This document shows, one piece after another, positions 48,337 to 58,307 of a stretch of DNA of 64,000 bases; position 1 is the first letter of the stretch; the number at the start of each line of letters is the position of its first letter. The stretch is taken from the NCBI GenBank assembly GCA_037382465.1, contig JARRPX010000005.1, positions 6,224 through 70,223 of the forward strand, written 5' to 3'. The notes beneath the pieces are model-generated. The model saw only the letters and a list, made by a program, of their open reading frames with translations, was not told the origin of the DNA and did no database searches. This stretch comes from Anaerolineales bacterium (GTDB taxonomy: Bacteria; Chloroflexota; Anaerolineae; Anaerolineales; E44-bin32). Position numbers and translations under genes: made by a program.

Positions 48337-49605
48337 ATGTTTTACGACGGCCTGATGACCGAGGAAGAACGTGACCTTCAACAGGAGGTCAGGCAGTTTG
48401 TGCGCGAGGAGGTTCCCCACGATCTGGTGAGAGCTTTGGATCGTGATGAGATTCAATATCCGCGTGACTTTGTCGAAAAGCTGGCCGCCCACAACCTGCT
48501 GGGGCTTCGTTTCGACCCAAAATGGGGTGGACGCGGTCTACCCTGGACGGCCGAAGTGATCGCGGAAGAAGAAATCGGCGTCCTGGGAACTACATTGGGC
48601 TGTGCCTTCGTGATGCCCTCCATCGTGGGAGAGGCGCTGCACGTATTTGGAACGGAGACGCAAAAGGAACGTTTCCTGCGGCCCATCCTCGAAGGCAAAC
48701 TCGTCAGCGCGGAAGCACTCACCGAGCCCCGAGGCGGCTCGGACTTTTTCGGCGCCACGTCGCGGGCGGAATTGAAAGGTGACCGCTTCGTGGTCAACGG
48801 TCAAAAACGTTTCATCGTGGGCGCTACGGAAGCCGATGTGTTCCTGGTTTACTGTCGAACAAACTTTCAGGAGCAGGCACACAAGCACCGCAGGATCAGC
48901 GCCATCCTGGTCGAACGAGGGCCCGGGGTAAAAACGGAGTACGTGTATGGTCTCATGGGCACGCGCGGGGGAGGTACGGGGCGATTGGTGTTCCGGGACG
49001 TCGAGGTTCCCAAAGAGAATCTCATGGGCGAACTGCACGGCGGCGTGGACGTCTTCAATCAAATGATGATTCCGGAACGTTTGACCTCTGCGGCCGCGAG
49101 CCTGGGTGTGCGGGCGGCGCTGGAAGTGGCGGCCCGGTATAGCGATAAGCGGCGGGCATTCGGTCAGCGAATCCGACGCTTCCAGGGCGTCAGCTTCAAG
49201 ATCGCGGACGCCATCACCCAACTGGATGCGGCTCGAGCCATGGTGTATATGGCGGCACGAGCCGTGGACAGCGGATCCCCGAATTGCAGACGGCTGGTGA
49301 GCCAGGCGAAGAAATTCGCCACGGATACAGCCTGGAACGTATCCAACCTGGCCATGCAGATCACAGGCGGCATCGGCTACACCGATGTGTATCCGATTGA
49401 AAAGATGGTCCGGGACTTCCGCCTCTCCCAGATCTGGACCGGGACGAACGAGATCATGAATCTTTTGATCCAGCACGAGTACTACAAAGAGGTTCTGGAA
49501 GGCAGCAGCAATCGGCGCAACATCGAGTTAGATGCAGCAAGCCACGATGCGCAAGCGGAGAAATGCTTTACGGACGAGGATATGTGGCTCGTTCATGGAA
49601 CGTAA
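48337..49605 (+). CDS. Acyl-CoA dehydrogenase
   Basis: GGGAGG RBS 5 nt before ATG 48337. ALTEPRGGSDF, GQKRFI and IWTGTNEIM motifs. Carries a C-terminal extension of about 40 aa. Confidence 0.9.
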   Translation: MFYDGLMTEEERDLQQEVRQFVREEVPHDLVRALDRDEIQYPRDFVEKLAAHNLLGLRFDPKWGGRGLPWTAEVIAEEEIGVLGTTLGCAFVMPSIVGEALHVFGTETQKERFLRPILEGKLVSAEALTEPRGGSDFFGATSRAELKGDRFVVNGQKRFIVGATEADVFLVYCRTNFQEQAHKHRRISAILVERGPGVKTEYVYGLMGTRGGGTGRLVFRDVEVPKENLMGELHGGVDVFNQMMIPERLTSAAASLGVRAALEVAARYSDKRRAFGQRIRRFQGVSFKIADAITQLDAARAMVYMAARAVDSGSPNCRRLVSQAKKFATDTAWNVSNLAMQITGGIGYTDVYPIEKMVRDFRLSQIWTGTNEIMNLLIQHEYYKEVLEGSSNRRNIELDAASHDAQAEKCFTDEDMWLVHGT

Positions 49606-49691
49606 AGAACCGGGATTAGATTTTCTCCGTCGGGCACGATGACGTCGGCTTGTCCGAGCGTGATGCTGTCTCGTTACATCCCCGGCATCAC

Positions 49692-50813
49692 CTATTCCTG
49701 CACAGAATCCCACCAATCCTGCCAGGCATCGGCATCCAGACCGAAAGACTGGCCGGTAATCCGCACCAGGGCTTCAGAGGCGAGGTCGGCTCGCGCCTCG
49801 CTGCCGGTGCGCAAGACATCGATCAATGCGGGTACGGCCTCGCGCGCCGCCGGCCCAATATCCTCGAGGGCGATGATTGCATCGACTGCTGCGCAGGAAG
49901 ACGAGAGTATGGCTTGCGCCAGGAGGGGAACGGCCTCTTTTGCCGCGGCGCCGAGCCTCCCCAGAGCAAATGCGGCATTGCCGCTGACCCAGCATTGGTT
50001 GGCCTGATCATCGTTTTGAAATGCCTGCATGAGAACGGACACGATGTCGCTCGTCTCGAGCCCGGCGGCTCTGGCTTCCGATCGCTCGACTGCCATGACG
50101 ATTCCCAGGCGCACTTCGGGGTCTTGCTCTGCCAGGCCTGCATGCAAGGCGGGCTGTCCCCATAGTTGGAGCAGGTTACCCAGCAATGCCCCTGAAGAAG
50201 TCAGGTAGAACGGTGCGCCGCTGGGCTCTTCTTCACAGGTATTGGCGGAGGCGACGAAATGGGGTTCTTCGGTCACCGTAAACGAGGCCGTGTTCACGCT
50301 CTGGTATCCTTCGGCGGCAAGGGTCGCCCGGCTCGTGGCCGTGGCGCCTGTATAGCAGCGACCAAGATTGTTGTACGTTCCACTCAACGCCTGAGCCGTG
50401 ATGTCGATCGAAAGCTGAGCGTCACACTCGTCACCGGATCCGACAGCTTCGATCCCCATTCGGCCCAGCACGCGGGAGAGAAGTGCGTCCACCGGTAACG
50501 AGAAGTCGCCTTCCACGTTGGTGTAGGTTTGATGGATCTCCAGGCATACCGTGTATATGCCGGCGGATTCCCAAGCAGGGACTTGTATCGGCATGGGTGT
50601 TGAGGTGCTGGTTGGAGTGGGTGTGTTGGTGGGTGTGTTGGTGGGCCTTGAAGTACTCGTCGCCGTTGGCGGATTCGTCCGGGTCGCGGAGGGGGAAATT
50701 CGCGCATCGACGACCTGACTGGCCGCCTGTTCTGAAGACGGTGCACAGGCGACCAGCAACATCCCGATCAGAAATAATTTCGGCAGTCTGGACAGGCAGC
50801 AGTGGAACGGCAT
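49692..50813 (-). CDS. Secreted/lipoprotein HEAT-repeat protein
   Basis: AAGGAG RBS before ATG 50813. Lipobox LLVACAP. PT-rich linker (TNTPTNTPTPTSTSTP). C-terminal HEAT-like repeats (AAKEAVPLLAQAIL, PAAREAVPALIDVLRTGS). Confidence 0.65.
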   Translation of the reverse strand: MPFHCCLSRLPKLFLIGMLLVACAPSSEQAASQVVDARISPSATRTNPPTATSTSRPTNTPTNTPTPTSTSTPMPIQVPAWESAGIYTVCLEIHQTYTNVEGDFSLPVDALLSRVLGRMGIEAVGSGDECDAQLSIDITAQALSGTYNNLGRCYTGATATSRATLAAEGYQSVNTASFTVTEEPHFVASANTCEEEPSGAPFYLTSSGALLGNLLQLWGQPALHAGLAEQDPEVRLGIVMAVERSEARAAGLETSDIVSVLMQAFQNDDQANQCWVSGNAAFALGRLGAAAKEAVPLLAQAILSSSCAAVDAIIALEDIGPAAREAVPALIDVLRTGSEARADLASEALVRITGQSFGLDADAWQDWWDSVQE

Positions 50814-51245
50814 AGGTCTAACTCCTTTACAGATCGAGTGCGTGGTCACACAAGAAATGATACTGTAATCTCCCCTCGTCGAGCAGTGACTTATCCGCAT
50901 TTATGTACGTCGATCGTGTGGGAGGTGTTGCTGCGTTGTTGATGTGAACGAAGCGATAACGCAGCAAGCCGCCTTTTAATACCCCGTAATTGTCCTTTTC
51001 GCAAGATGATGGTATGCGTCAGATTGTAAGAAGCCAAGGTGCAAAGACCAATCGATCGGATTGATATCGCGTCGGAATCCGGTATGGATAAGGTTCTTTC
51101 CTTTTTTACGCCGAAACGATCCCGACATCGCATGAAAACCACAGGTAATGCGTATGTTAATCGTCCTCTGATCTGCGGTATCGGATCATATAATCATCCT
51201 CGAAGTTCCCTTATTTATCCGCTTTTGATATCAAAGGGGTTAAAA

Positions 51246-51836
51246 ATGGCCGCAAGAACCCGTCAAAAGCCGTTCTTCTACTTTGCCGCATGGACGCTGC
51301 TGGGCACGATTTCCATCCTCATTGGTTTTGCCCTGCTTCGCCTGCTCGTCCCTCCTGCGTCGGGCAAGGTCAACCTCGTTGTTGAAACCATTCTTGGGGT
51401 GCTTGGATTCGGGATCCTGCTTCCATTGGTCCAGTGGATCGTCCTGAGCAGATTCCTTTCGAATGCATATTGGTGGCTGATCGCTTCATTCACAAGCCTT
51501 TTACTGGGATTGTCGATCGACTTGCTCGTGACGCGGTGGATCACGTATCCAATTCCCGGCGCATTTTCGATCGGCATGTCCACCGCATTCGGGTTGATCA
51601 CAGGCACTGCCCAATGGGCGTATCTACGCCATCATTTTTCGAAGGCAACCATTTGGATATTTGCAAGTGCGCTCGGTTGGGGCTTGACGTCGATAGCTGC
51701 GGGGACGGATATTGACAGCTTCTTCGCGCAAGTGCTGTTTGGGTTGATCCCGGCACTCTTTACAGGATCGGCGCTGTTCTATTTGATGAGCGCATCGCCT
51801 CACCAATCTTCTGATGGGCTCAGCGGTATCTCATAA
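51246..51836 (+). CDS. Hypothetical polytopic membrane protein
   Basis: AAAGGGG RBS and an internal ATG of the longer ORF-track entry. About 6 hydrophobic helices with repeated W-rich segments. Confidence 0.5.
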   Translation: MAARTRQKPFFYFAAWTLLGTISILIGFALLRLLVPPASGKVNLVVETILGVLGFGILLPLVQWIVLSRFLSNAYWWLIASFTSLLLGLSIDLLVTRWITYPIPGAFSIGMSTAFGLITGTAQWAYLRHHFSKATIWIFASALGWGLTSIAAGTDIDSFFAQVLFGLIPALFTGSALFYLMSASPHQSSDGLSGIS

Positions 51837-51905
51837 CGGTTCACCGGTGTGGGGCTAGTTCGCCCCGATGTATCCAAGATCGATGGAACAAGATGGAGGT
51901 GAAAA

Positions 51906-53147
51906 GTGAGAGTGCGCATCGGCCTACTTTGTGTGATTTTCGTGTTTGTGTCGAGCGGTTGTCGGCATCTGGCCACAACTACTCCGTACGCAACGGAGGA
52001 TTTCCAATCGGAATTCCACATTATCGATCGCCATCCGCCTGCAAACCAGTGGCATCAAGGTAAGTTGAGCTGGTTGCCGGGTTTCAGCCTGGATACCGAA
52101 AATCCCATGATGATGGACCTGCGGTCTGCAGACGTTTCTGGTTTGAATTTAACGGGTGAATGGAGCGTCCTTCAATATGCTGCCTTCGACAGCAATACCA
52201 TCTGGCCAACAGAAGATCGAATGCCGCCTGAATTTGATAAAGATCTGATAATGGAACTGGGCAAGAATCCTGGATTGGGCGTTCGGAGCCTTCACGCTCG
52301 GGGAATCACCGGACAAGGTGTGGGAATAGCCATTCTCGACCAAACATTGTTAATTGAGCACGTAGAATATGCAGATCGAATTCAGCTTTATGAAGAGATT
52401 AATTACGAACCGGAATTTCCAGCCGCAATGCATGGCCCTGCTGTAACCTCACTCGCAGTTGGCAAAAACACAGGGACGGCTCCGGGAGCAAGTGTCTATT
52501 ACATCGCAGTGAATGTGACAGATCCATCATCGATGCCCTCCGACATGAAGCGTAATTTTCAATATCTAGCTCAAGGTGTGCGACGCATTATCGAAATCAA
52601 TCGACTATTGCCCGCAAGCCAGAAAATTCGAGTGATCTCAACAAGTATTGGGTGGAATCCAGAGGAGATTGGATATGAAGATATAACGGCCGCAGTTGAA
52701 GAAGCGAACGAGGAGGGAATTCTCGTAATCTCCGGCAGGATGTATTTGACCTATGATTACCGATTGTACTGGTTGGGCCGCTACCCGTACGATGATCCTG
52801 ATTCCTTCGATTCCTACGGACTTTGTGTGTTATGTGCAGAAGTTACTCCCGACGATCCTGCTTTGGAAAACAGTCTATTGATTCCCATGGATTCCAGGAC
52901 CGTTGCGGGTTTTACGGGGGTCGAGGACTATGCTTATTTCAGCGTTGGGGGCGGCAGTTGGACCATGCCTTATCTGGCGGGGGTGTATGCACTTGCCGTG
53001 CAGGTTGACCCGTCGATCACGCCGGATGATTTCCTGGAATTGGCGGTTGAAACAGGCCGTGTGCTTGAAATTACGCGCGGCGACGAGTCGTTCATCCTGG
53101 GGACGATCATCGATCCGGTTGCGCTAATCGAAGTGTTAATCAAGTGA
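51906..53147 (+). CDS. Subtilisin-like (S8) serine peptidase, lipoprotein
   Basis: GGAGGTG RBS with a GTG start. Lipobox VSSGC. Asp GVGIAILDQ, His AMHGPAVTS, Asn SIGWN and Ser GGGSWTMPYLAG occur in S8 order. Confidence 0.7.
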   Translation: MRVRIGLLCVIFVFVSSGCRHLATTTPYATEDFQSEFHIIDRHPPANQWHQGKLSWLPGFSLDTENPMMMDLRSADVSGLNLTGEWSVLQYAAFDSNTIWPTEDRMPPEFDKDLIMELGKNPGLGVRSLHARGITGQGVGIAILDQTLLIEHVEYADRIQLYEEINYEPEFPAAMHGPAVTSLAVGKNTGTAPGASVYYIAVNVTDPSSMPSDMKRNFQYLAQGVRRIIEINRLLPASQKIRVISTSIGWNPEEIGYEDITAAVEEANEEGILVISGRMYLTYDYRLYWLGRYPYDDPDSFDSYGLCVLCAEVTPDDPALENSLLIPMDSRTVAGFTGVEDYAYFSVGGGSWTMPYLAGVYALAVQVDPSITPDDFLELAVETGRVLEITRGDESFILGTIIDPVALIEVLIK

Positions 53148-53453
53148 CATGATCAGGCACTAGGGAAAGATATCCTGCAGATGGCTCATGCTGCTTGTCG
53201 ATGATATTGGCGGCCATAATGACCAGGATTGGCATGACAACACGCGTTCTGACCAGGTGCGCCCGAATGGGCACTCATTCGAGGTGAGATTGCACTTTGT
53301 CTCCGGGCGTGTAGGACTTCCCCCCAACGCTATTTTCGATCCTCGCGACTTTGTCCTCGCTCAGGCCGTACATCACCGGGATCGGGACGGATTCTCCAGG
53401 AGTTGTTGTATCATCAGAGATGAGAGCGGCTTCTGTCCCAAAAGGAGAAGGCG

Positions 53454-54404
53454 ATGTTCAAGTCCAAGGGCCTTGTTGGGAGGGGGTTCGCGTACCTGGC
53501 GGCGTCCGTCATCCTCTTGCTGCTGGCTGCGTGCGGCTCCACGGATTCGTCGAAGGTGCCGTCGACATCCGCTTCATACTACGTCTCACCCCTCGGCAAC
53601 GATGATTGGAGCGGCGAGTTGGAAGTGCCCAACAGATCAGGAACAGACGGTCCCTTTCTTACACTCCAGAGAGTGATAGAAGAAGTACGCGTGCGTTTGA
53701 GGAAGCCGCAAACGGAAGATTTCATTGTTTATATCCGCGAAGGGACCTACTACCTGGAGGACCCGCTCGTATTCCATAAGGAAGACTCGGGCCGGGACGG
53801 ATTCCACGTGGTTTTCTGCAACTACGCCGGGGAAGCACCCGTTATCAGTGGGGGAATCGAACTTACGGATTGGGAATCTCTTGAGGATGGTGTCTTCACC
53901 ACCAGCGTGGATACGGCGTTCAACGTGCTCTACGAAGGCGATCAAACCGGCGTTCTCGCACGGTATCCGAACCGGAACCCGGAGGCGATCAGCCCCGGCA
54001 AACACGCATACATGAAGATCGAGGCGCTGCTCGAAGGGCACGAGTATGATGGATTCTATTTTGACCCGGGGACATTTCCGGTCATGGACGACTGGTCGAC
54101 CCTGGAGATGACAACCTGGAACGGCGGGGAGCATGGGGAATTTCACTGGAGAACCTACATGGGGCAGGTGACGCAGATCTCCTATGCGGACGGCACCCTC
54201 ATGGCGGACTTGAACGACATTTCCCCTCGCTGGGTGGACATGCTCGGTCCGGGTACGGATTACTTCATACAAAACTCGCCGGAGCTGCTGGACGGACCGG
54301 GCGAGTTCTATCTCGATCAGAACACGCTCTACTATCGACCCTGGCAGGCGCCGGGCGAAGGTCATCCCGTCATCGCACCGCGTCTGGATTACCCATCTAC
54401 ATGA
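53454..54404 (+). CDS. N-terminal part of a right-handed parallel beta-helix protein (lipoprotein signal plus helix cap plus insert domain); probably the 5' half of a disrupted gene
   Basis: LLLAACGS lipobox. YYVSPLGNDDWSG...GPFLTLQRV cap motif typical of pectate-lyase-fold proteins. The stop overlaps the next ATG (ATGA) in a different frame. Confidence 0.65.
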   Translation: MFKSKGLVGRGFAYLAASVILLLLAACGSTDSSKVPSTSASYYVSPLGNDDWSGELEVPNRSGTDGPFLTLQRVIEEVRVRLRKPQTEDFIVYIREGTYYLEDPLVFHKEDSGRDGFHVVFCNYAGEAPVISGGIELTDWESLEDGVFTTSVDTAFNVLYEGDQTGVLARYPNRNPEAISPGKHAYMKIEALLEGHEYDGFYFDPGTFPVMDDWSTLEMTTWNGGEHGEFHWRTYMGQVTQISYADGTLMADLNDISPRWVDMLGPGTDYFIQNSPELLDGPGEFYLDQNTLYYRPWQAPGEGHPVIAPRLDYPST

Positions 54405-56593
54405 AAAACGCAGAAGACATCCAGATCCTGGGGAATCACTTGCAGCACATCGGCGGCATTGGTATTTACACCACAGGCAACGGCGTGCGCCGCATCACGA
54501 TCGAGAACAATCTGATCGATCATATCGGCGACACGGCGATTGAAATCAACGGCCAATGGGACGTACCCAATGAAAGCAACGACCACCTCATCGAAAATAA
54601 CCACATCCACCACACGGGCATGCTGATTCCCTCTGCGCGGGGCATCCAAATCTACAACAGCTCCAATGATCGTGTCGCCCACAATCTGTTACACGACATC
54701 CCCAAGGGCGCCATCGGTTTCGGAGGATCGGGGACATCCAACAACTTGGTGGAATTCAACGAAATACACAGCGTGCTCCAGGACAGCCAGGACATGGGGC
54801 CGATCTACTTCGGCGGCGTCGGTCCGGATAACGTGATCCACAACAATTACCTTCATGACGTTTACGGCCTCTTTTCCTACCAGGGTGGTATTTACATGGA
54901 TCAGGGAACAAGTGGCTATACCATCACCAACAATCTGGTGGAAAATTTCGGGTGGCAGGGCGGCGGCCGGATTTCAGGTTTGATCGATGCGTCCGATATC
55001 GAGACGGTCATTCGCAATAATTTCCTCGTGCTGAACAACGTGCACCTCTCCAGCGCCATCTTTCCCCGTGAGTACAGCATCGAAGAAGCGGGCACGGAGG
55101 CAAATTCCGCGGCATCCACGCCGCCGAACGACATCGACGTCATCGGCAACATCTTCTACAACAACGATGGGCCGATCTACAGCTTTCGCTTCGGGAGCGA
55201 AGGTTCCTGGCTGCGGCAGTCCGACATGAATCTCTTCTTCAGCGATCAGGGCATGTACCGGGTGGTGGGCATTCCCGGCGTGATAACCCTGGAGGATTGG
55301 CAGGCGTTGGCGGACGGTCGTTTCGATCAAAACTCCCTCATCGCCGATCCCTTGTTCGTCAATGTCGAGTCGAGTGACTATCGCCTGCGCTTTGATTCGC
55401 CGGCCTACGGGTTGGGCATCGAGGACATCGATCAGGCGGATGTCGGTTTGACCGCGGATTTCCCCTTCGAATCCCCCGACAGCTCCTTGCATCGAATGTA
55501 TATCACCTCGGACGTGGCCGGAAACAGCGCCAACCTGCATCTCGCAGTTGGGGAAAAGGCAATGCTGACGATCACCGCGCGAACGGCAAGCGGGTATATC
55601 CTGGATCCCGGGGACTACGTGCAGAAGTGCCTTTCGAGCGAAATCGACAAGGTCTTTGTGAATCATGCCGGTCAGATCCAGGCCAAAGAACAGGGCTTCG
55701 CGCAAGTCACGTGCTCGGTGGAAGCGAACGGCGTCAAGCTGTCTCTTCCGGTCTACGTTCTGGTCGATACGACAGTAGAGGAGGCTGCGGCACTGGTGCC
55801 CCCAGCGGCCCTCCCGGATACACAACCGGCCTATCTCGAAGAGCTGGAGAGAATCGATTTTGACACCAACGAGGGGCTGATCGATCATTGGCCGTCCTAT
55901 AACTCGTGGGAGATCGTGCACGAGGACGGAACGGTCATGTACTGCGGGTACGAAGAAGAAACTGGGACGCACATGTCCTTTGGTTCGATGGGGTGGACGG
56001 ATTACCAGGTGGACGTCCGCCTGCGGATCGCGGGCGAACCGAATGCCGCGGCCGACATCCGGCAGCGGGAAGGATGGGGGGACGATTCGCATCACTATGT
56101 ACACACACTTAATTCGGGTGCGGATGGCCAATGGGTCAGCCAGATCTACTGCGACAGTGACGATTGCTCTGCCTGGAAGAGCATCAATACCCCGATAGAA
56201 CGGGGGGAGTGGATCCAATTCAGGGCGGAGGTGGAAGGAACCATGATTCGCACCTATCTGAACGGCCGCCTGGTATTGACCCAGTACCTGGACTTCACTT
56301 CGGTTGGAAACGCGGGAATGCGGGCACGACCTGGCACCACACTTTGCATCGACGACATCACGGTCCGTTCGCTCGACCGGTCAGCGGAGGCGCTGGATCG
56401 GGCCAGCACGGCACAATCCGGTCGATCGCAGCCCGTCTATTTATGGCCCGGTGAAGATCAGAAAGTCATAGGCCAGCTTCCAGGAGGTGTGGAAGTCTAC
56501 CTGCTGGACGAGGACCAGGAGTGGGCCTACATCCGGCTGGACGGCAGTGGTCTCCAGGGCTGGGTCCCCATACAAGGACTGGAGATGCCCTGA
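54401..56593 (+). CDS. Parallel beta-helix repeat protein with Big_2-like, LamG/DUF1080-like and SH3 C-terminal domains
   Basis: PbH1-type repeats (ILGNHLQHIGGIGIY, IENNLIDHIGDTAIEI, NNHIHHTG, VAHNLLHDIPKGAIGF). A Big_2-like segment. WTDYQVDVRLRI...IRTYLNGRLV is concanavalin-like. VYLWPGEDQKVIGQLPGGVEVYLL...GWVP is SH3-like. Confidence 0.75.
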   Translation: MKNAEDIQILGNHLQHIGGIGIYTTGNGVRRITIENNLIDHIGDTAIEINGQWDVPNESNDHLIENNHIHHTGMLIPSARGIQIYNSSNDRVAHNLLHDIPKGAIGFGGSGTSNNLVEFNEIHSVLQDSQDMGPIYFGGVGPDNVIHNNYLHDVYGLFSYQGGIYMDQGTSGYTITNNLVENFGWQGGGRISGLIDASDIETVIRNNFLVLNNVHLSSAIFPREYSIEEAGTEANSAASTPPNDIDVIGNIFYNNDGPIYSFRFGSEGSWLRQSDMNLFFSDQGMYRVVGIPGVITLEDWQALADGRFDQNSLIADPLFVNVESSDYRLRFDSPAYGLGIEDIDQADVGLTADFPFESPDSSLHRMYITSDVAGNSANLHLAVGEKAMLTITARTASGYILDPGDYVQKCLSSEIDKVFVNHAGQIQAKEQGFAQVTCSVEANGVKLSLPVYVLVDTTVEEAAALVPPAALPDTQPAYLEELERIDFDTNEGLIDHWPSYNSWEIVHEDGTVMYCGYEEETGTHMSFGSMGWTDYQVDVRLRIAGEPNAAADIRQREGWGDDSHHYVHTLNSGADGQWVSQIYCDSDDCSAWKSINTPIERGEWIQFRAEVEGTMIRTYLNGRLVLTQYLDFTSVGNAGMRARPGTTLCIDDITVRSLDRSAEALDRASTAQSGRSQPVYLWPGEDQKVIGQLPGGVEVYLLDEDQEWAYIRLDGSGLQGWVPIQGLEMP

Positions 56594-56638
56594 GACTGTA
56601 CGGGAGACATCAACGGCGTGGCTATCGTTTTCCCCCTC

Positions 56639-58042
56639 TCACGCAGATAGGACCTCCCAGATCCTGACCATTGCCAGCGTGTCCAACTCACAGTAGCGGA
56701 GCAGGTTTTCGCGCGTTTCGCTGATCTTTTCGCCGGGAATGCGGCCGGTCATAATATCCGCCCAGGCCAGCATCGCATCGTCTCCTCTGGAGATCGGCAG
56801 GTCATCGTAGTTGAGAGCGCCATCGTCCACCAGGACGGGCAAAACGTTCTTGATGGAAGCGCTTCCGTGGAAGTCGGGATGGACGTAGTATCCCTTGCTG
56901 AAAGGATCCATCAGATCGTACATCCTGTCGTTGACCCCCAGCAGGAAATCCCCATACTCCGGGTACATTTGCGCCATTTCTTTGTTCCGGCCGGCCTCAA
57001 AGGTTTTGTTCCAAACGATAACGGAACCCGATCGACCCATATGTTGGACCAGATGCTGAACGATCTTGTTTCCCGGGTCGCCCTGCTCCGTGATCAAACA
57101 TTCAAAGTGTTCCGGGACGCTCCCGGGTTCGGCAATGACGTGAAGGGAATATTGAAACACGATGGGCTGGTAGGGCTTATACCCGTCGAAGAGAGGCACT
57201 GCAGGATTGTAAGTTTCATAATCGAGGAAGTAAAGCGGATACTGCAATCGATCGAGTTCGTCTTTGATGGCCGCAATGTCGATCAAAGGTTTTCCCTGTT
57301 TCACGGCCAACATGTGCAGGGTTTGGCGGTCTGACAATGGAAAATCATTGGGGATATCTTTAATCCTGAACACCGCTCTGCCGATTAATCCTCTAGCCTT
57401 CTTCTGGTTGAGCCGGGGTATGTTGTAGATAGGATATTCCGGCAATTCCGGATGGCACAGGGAAGGACACGGACACCTATCTGGTTTTAGACAATTCGCA
57501 ATTCCCGTGGGCGTTGCCTTTGTTGCCACCAGCCGGGCATCTTCTCGAGCGACCGCAACCTCGTCTCTGACCTTCGCGCTTTCCTCGGTGAGGTTTTCTA
57601 TGATGAACAACTGGTTTAGATCGATTTCGCCCGACCGGACGTATTCCTTGTTGAGCAGCACGAGATAGGCGCTGCGAACCGGAATGGTGGCTTCACACAC
57701 CACGCGTTGGAATGCCACGTCATAGATGTAATCTTTACGAATCGATGTCGAACTTTTAATCTCATAGATGTCGTAGACTTGATTGCCCGTATCCAACGCC
57801 AGGACATCCACCCGGGCCTGAAAATCACCGTCCGTGAAAGTCTTTTGAGGCATCAGTTCATAAGCAGACGTGGCGAGACATCCCCGTAGGAATTCGTTCG
57901 CCAACTTTTCAATCGCTTTACCTTGCTCCATGAGGTGTAAGTCGTACGCGGATGGAGCGATCTCGATCTTAGCGTGCTTCTCCGCCCACATGTGCAGCGG
58001 AGCATCGAACATGTAAGTAATGAAATTCGTTTTCGTTATCAT
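56639..58042 (-). CDS. DUF2779 protein with N-terminal PD-(D/E)XK (Cas4/RecB-like) nuclease domain and a 4-Cys cluster
   Basis: DIYEIKSST nuclease motif. CLKPDRCPCPSLC Cys cluster. YPLYFLDYETYNPAVPLF...PYQPIVFQYSLH matches the DUF2779 FLDFET...PFQ(F/Y)S signature as I recall it. Confidence 0.7.
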   Translation of the reverse strand: MITKTNFITYMFDAPLHMWAEKHAKIEIAPSAYDLHLMEQGKAIEKLANEFLRGCLATSAYELMPQKTFTDGDFQARVDVLALDTGNQVYDIYEIKSSTSIRKDYIYDVAFQRVVCEATIPVRSAYLVLLNKEYVRSGEIDLNQLFIIENLTEESAKVRDEVAVAREDARLVATKATPTGIANCLKPDRCPCPSLCHPELPEYPIYNIPRLNQKKARGLIGRAVFRIKDIPNDFPLSDRQTLHMLAVKQGKPLIDIAAIKDELDRLQYPLYFLDYETYNPAVPLFDGYKPYQPIVFQYSLHVIAEPGSVPEHFECLITEQGDPGNKIVQHLVQHMGRSGSVIVWNKTFEAGRNKEMAQMYPEYGDFLLGVNDRMYDLMDPFSKGYYVHPDFHGSASIKNVLPVLVDDGALNYDDLPISRGDDAMLAWADIMTGRIPGEKISETRENLLRYCELDTLAMVRIWEVLSA

Positions 58043-58307
58043 CCGTCTGAAAACCCCCGTCCAAGAAATACAACATAACCCGAGGAATTCCTTAGCAACG
58101 TTTGGTTGACTTGAGGAACGTCGATATAATGCTCGGGATAAACATCCAAATTACACGATAGCCGAGTCCGATCAAAAGATCAAGATGAATGATCATTTCC
58201 GCTGCAAGAAAGTCAGGCGTACATTACGCAATTTTGATATTTCAGGATTGGAATTCAATGCGGAAATTGTCTTTTCCCATCATATGGGGCGAAAATTATG
58301 ATCGAGT

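Noticed and set aside
48538-49476. 312-aa minus-strand ORF.
   Set aside because: It is antisense to the acyl-CoA dehydrogenase gene, which has canonical motifs. It has no motif of its own and shows shadow-ORF composition.
50618-50645. 12-bp tandem repeat tgggtgtgttgg x2 plus a partial copy.
   Set aside because: It simply encodes the PTNTPTNT part of the Pro/Thr linker of the HEAT-repeat lipoprotein. It is not an independent repeat element.
54974-56218. 414-aa minus-strand ORF, one of the longest in the track.
   Set aside because: It lies entirely antisense to the beta-helix/Big_2/LamG gene, which has clear domain motifs. Its Arg/His/Pro/Gly-rich low-complexity composition is typical of shadow ORFs in GC-rich coding DNA.
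58102-58130. Sigma70-like TTGGTT-17 nt-TATAAT on the plus strand in the AT-rich spacer after the DUF2779 gene.
   Set aside because: No plus-strand gene follows for more than 4 kb, so it would only drive antisense transcription of the SHOCT genes. AT-rich spacers produce such matches by chance.
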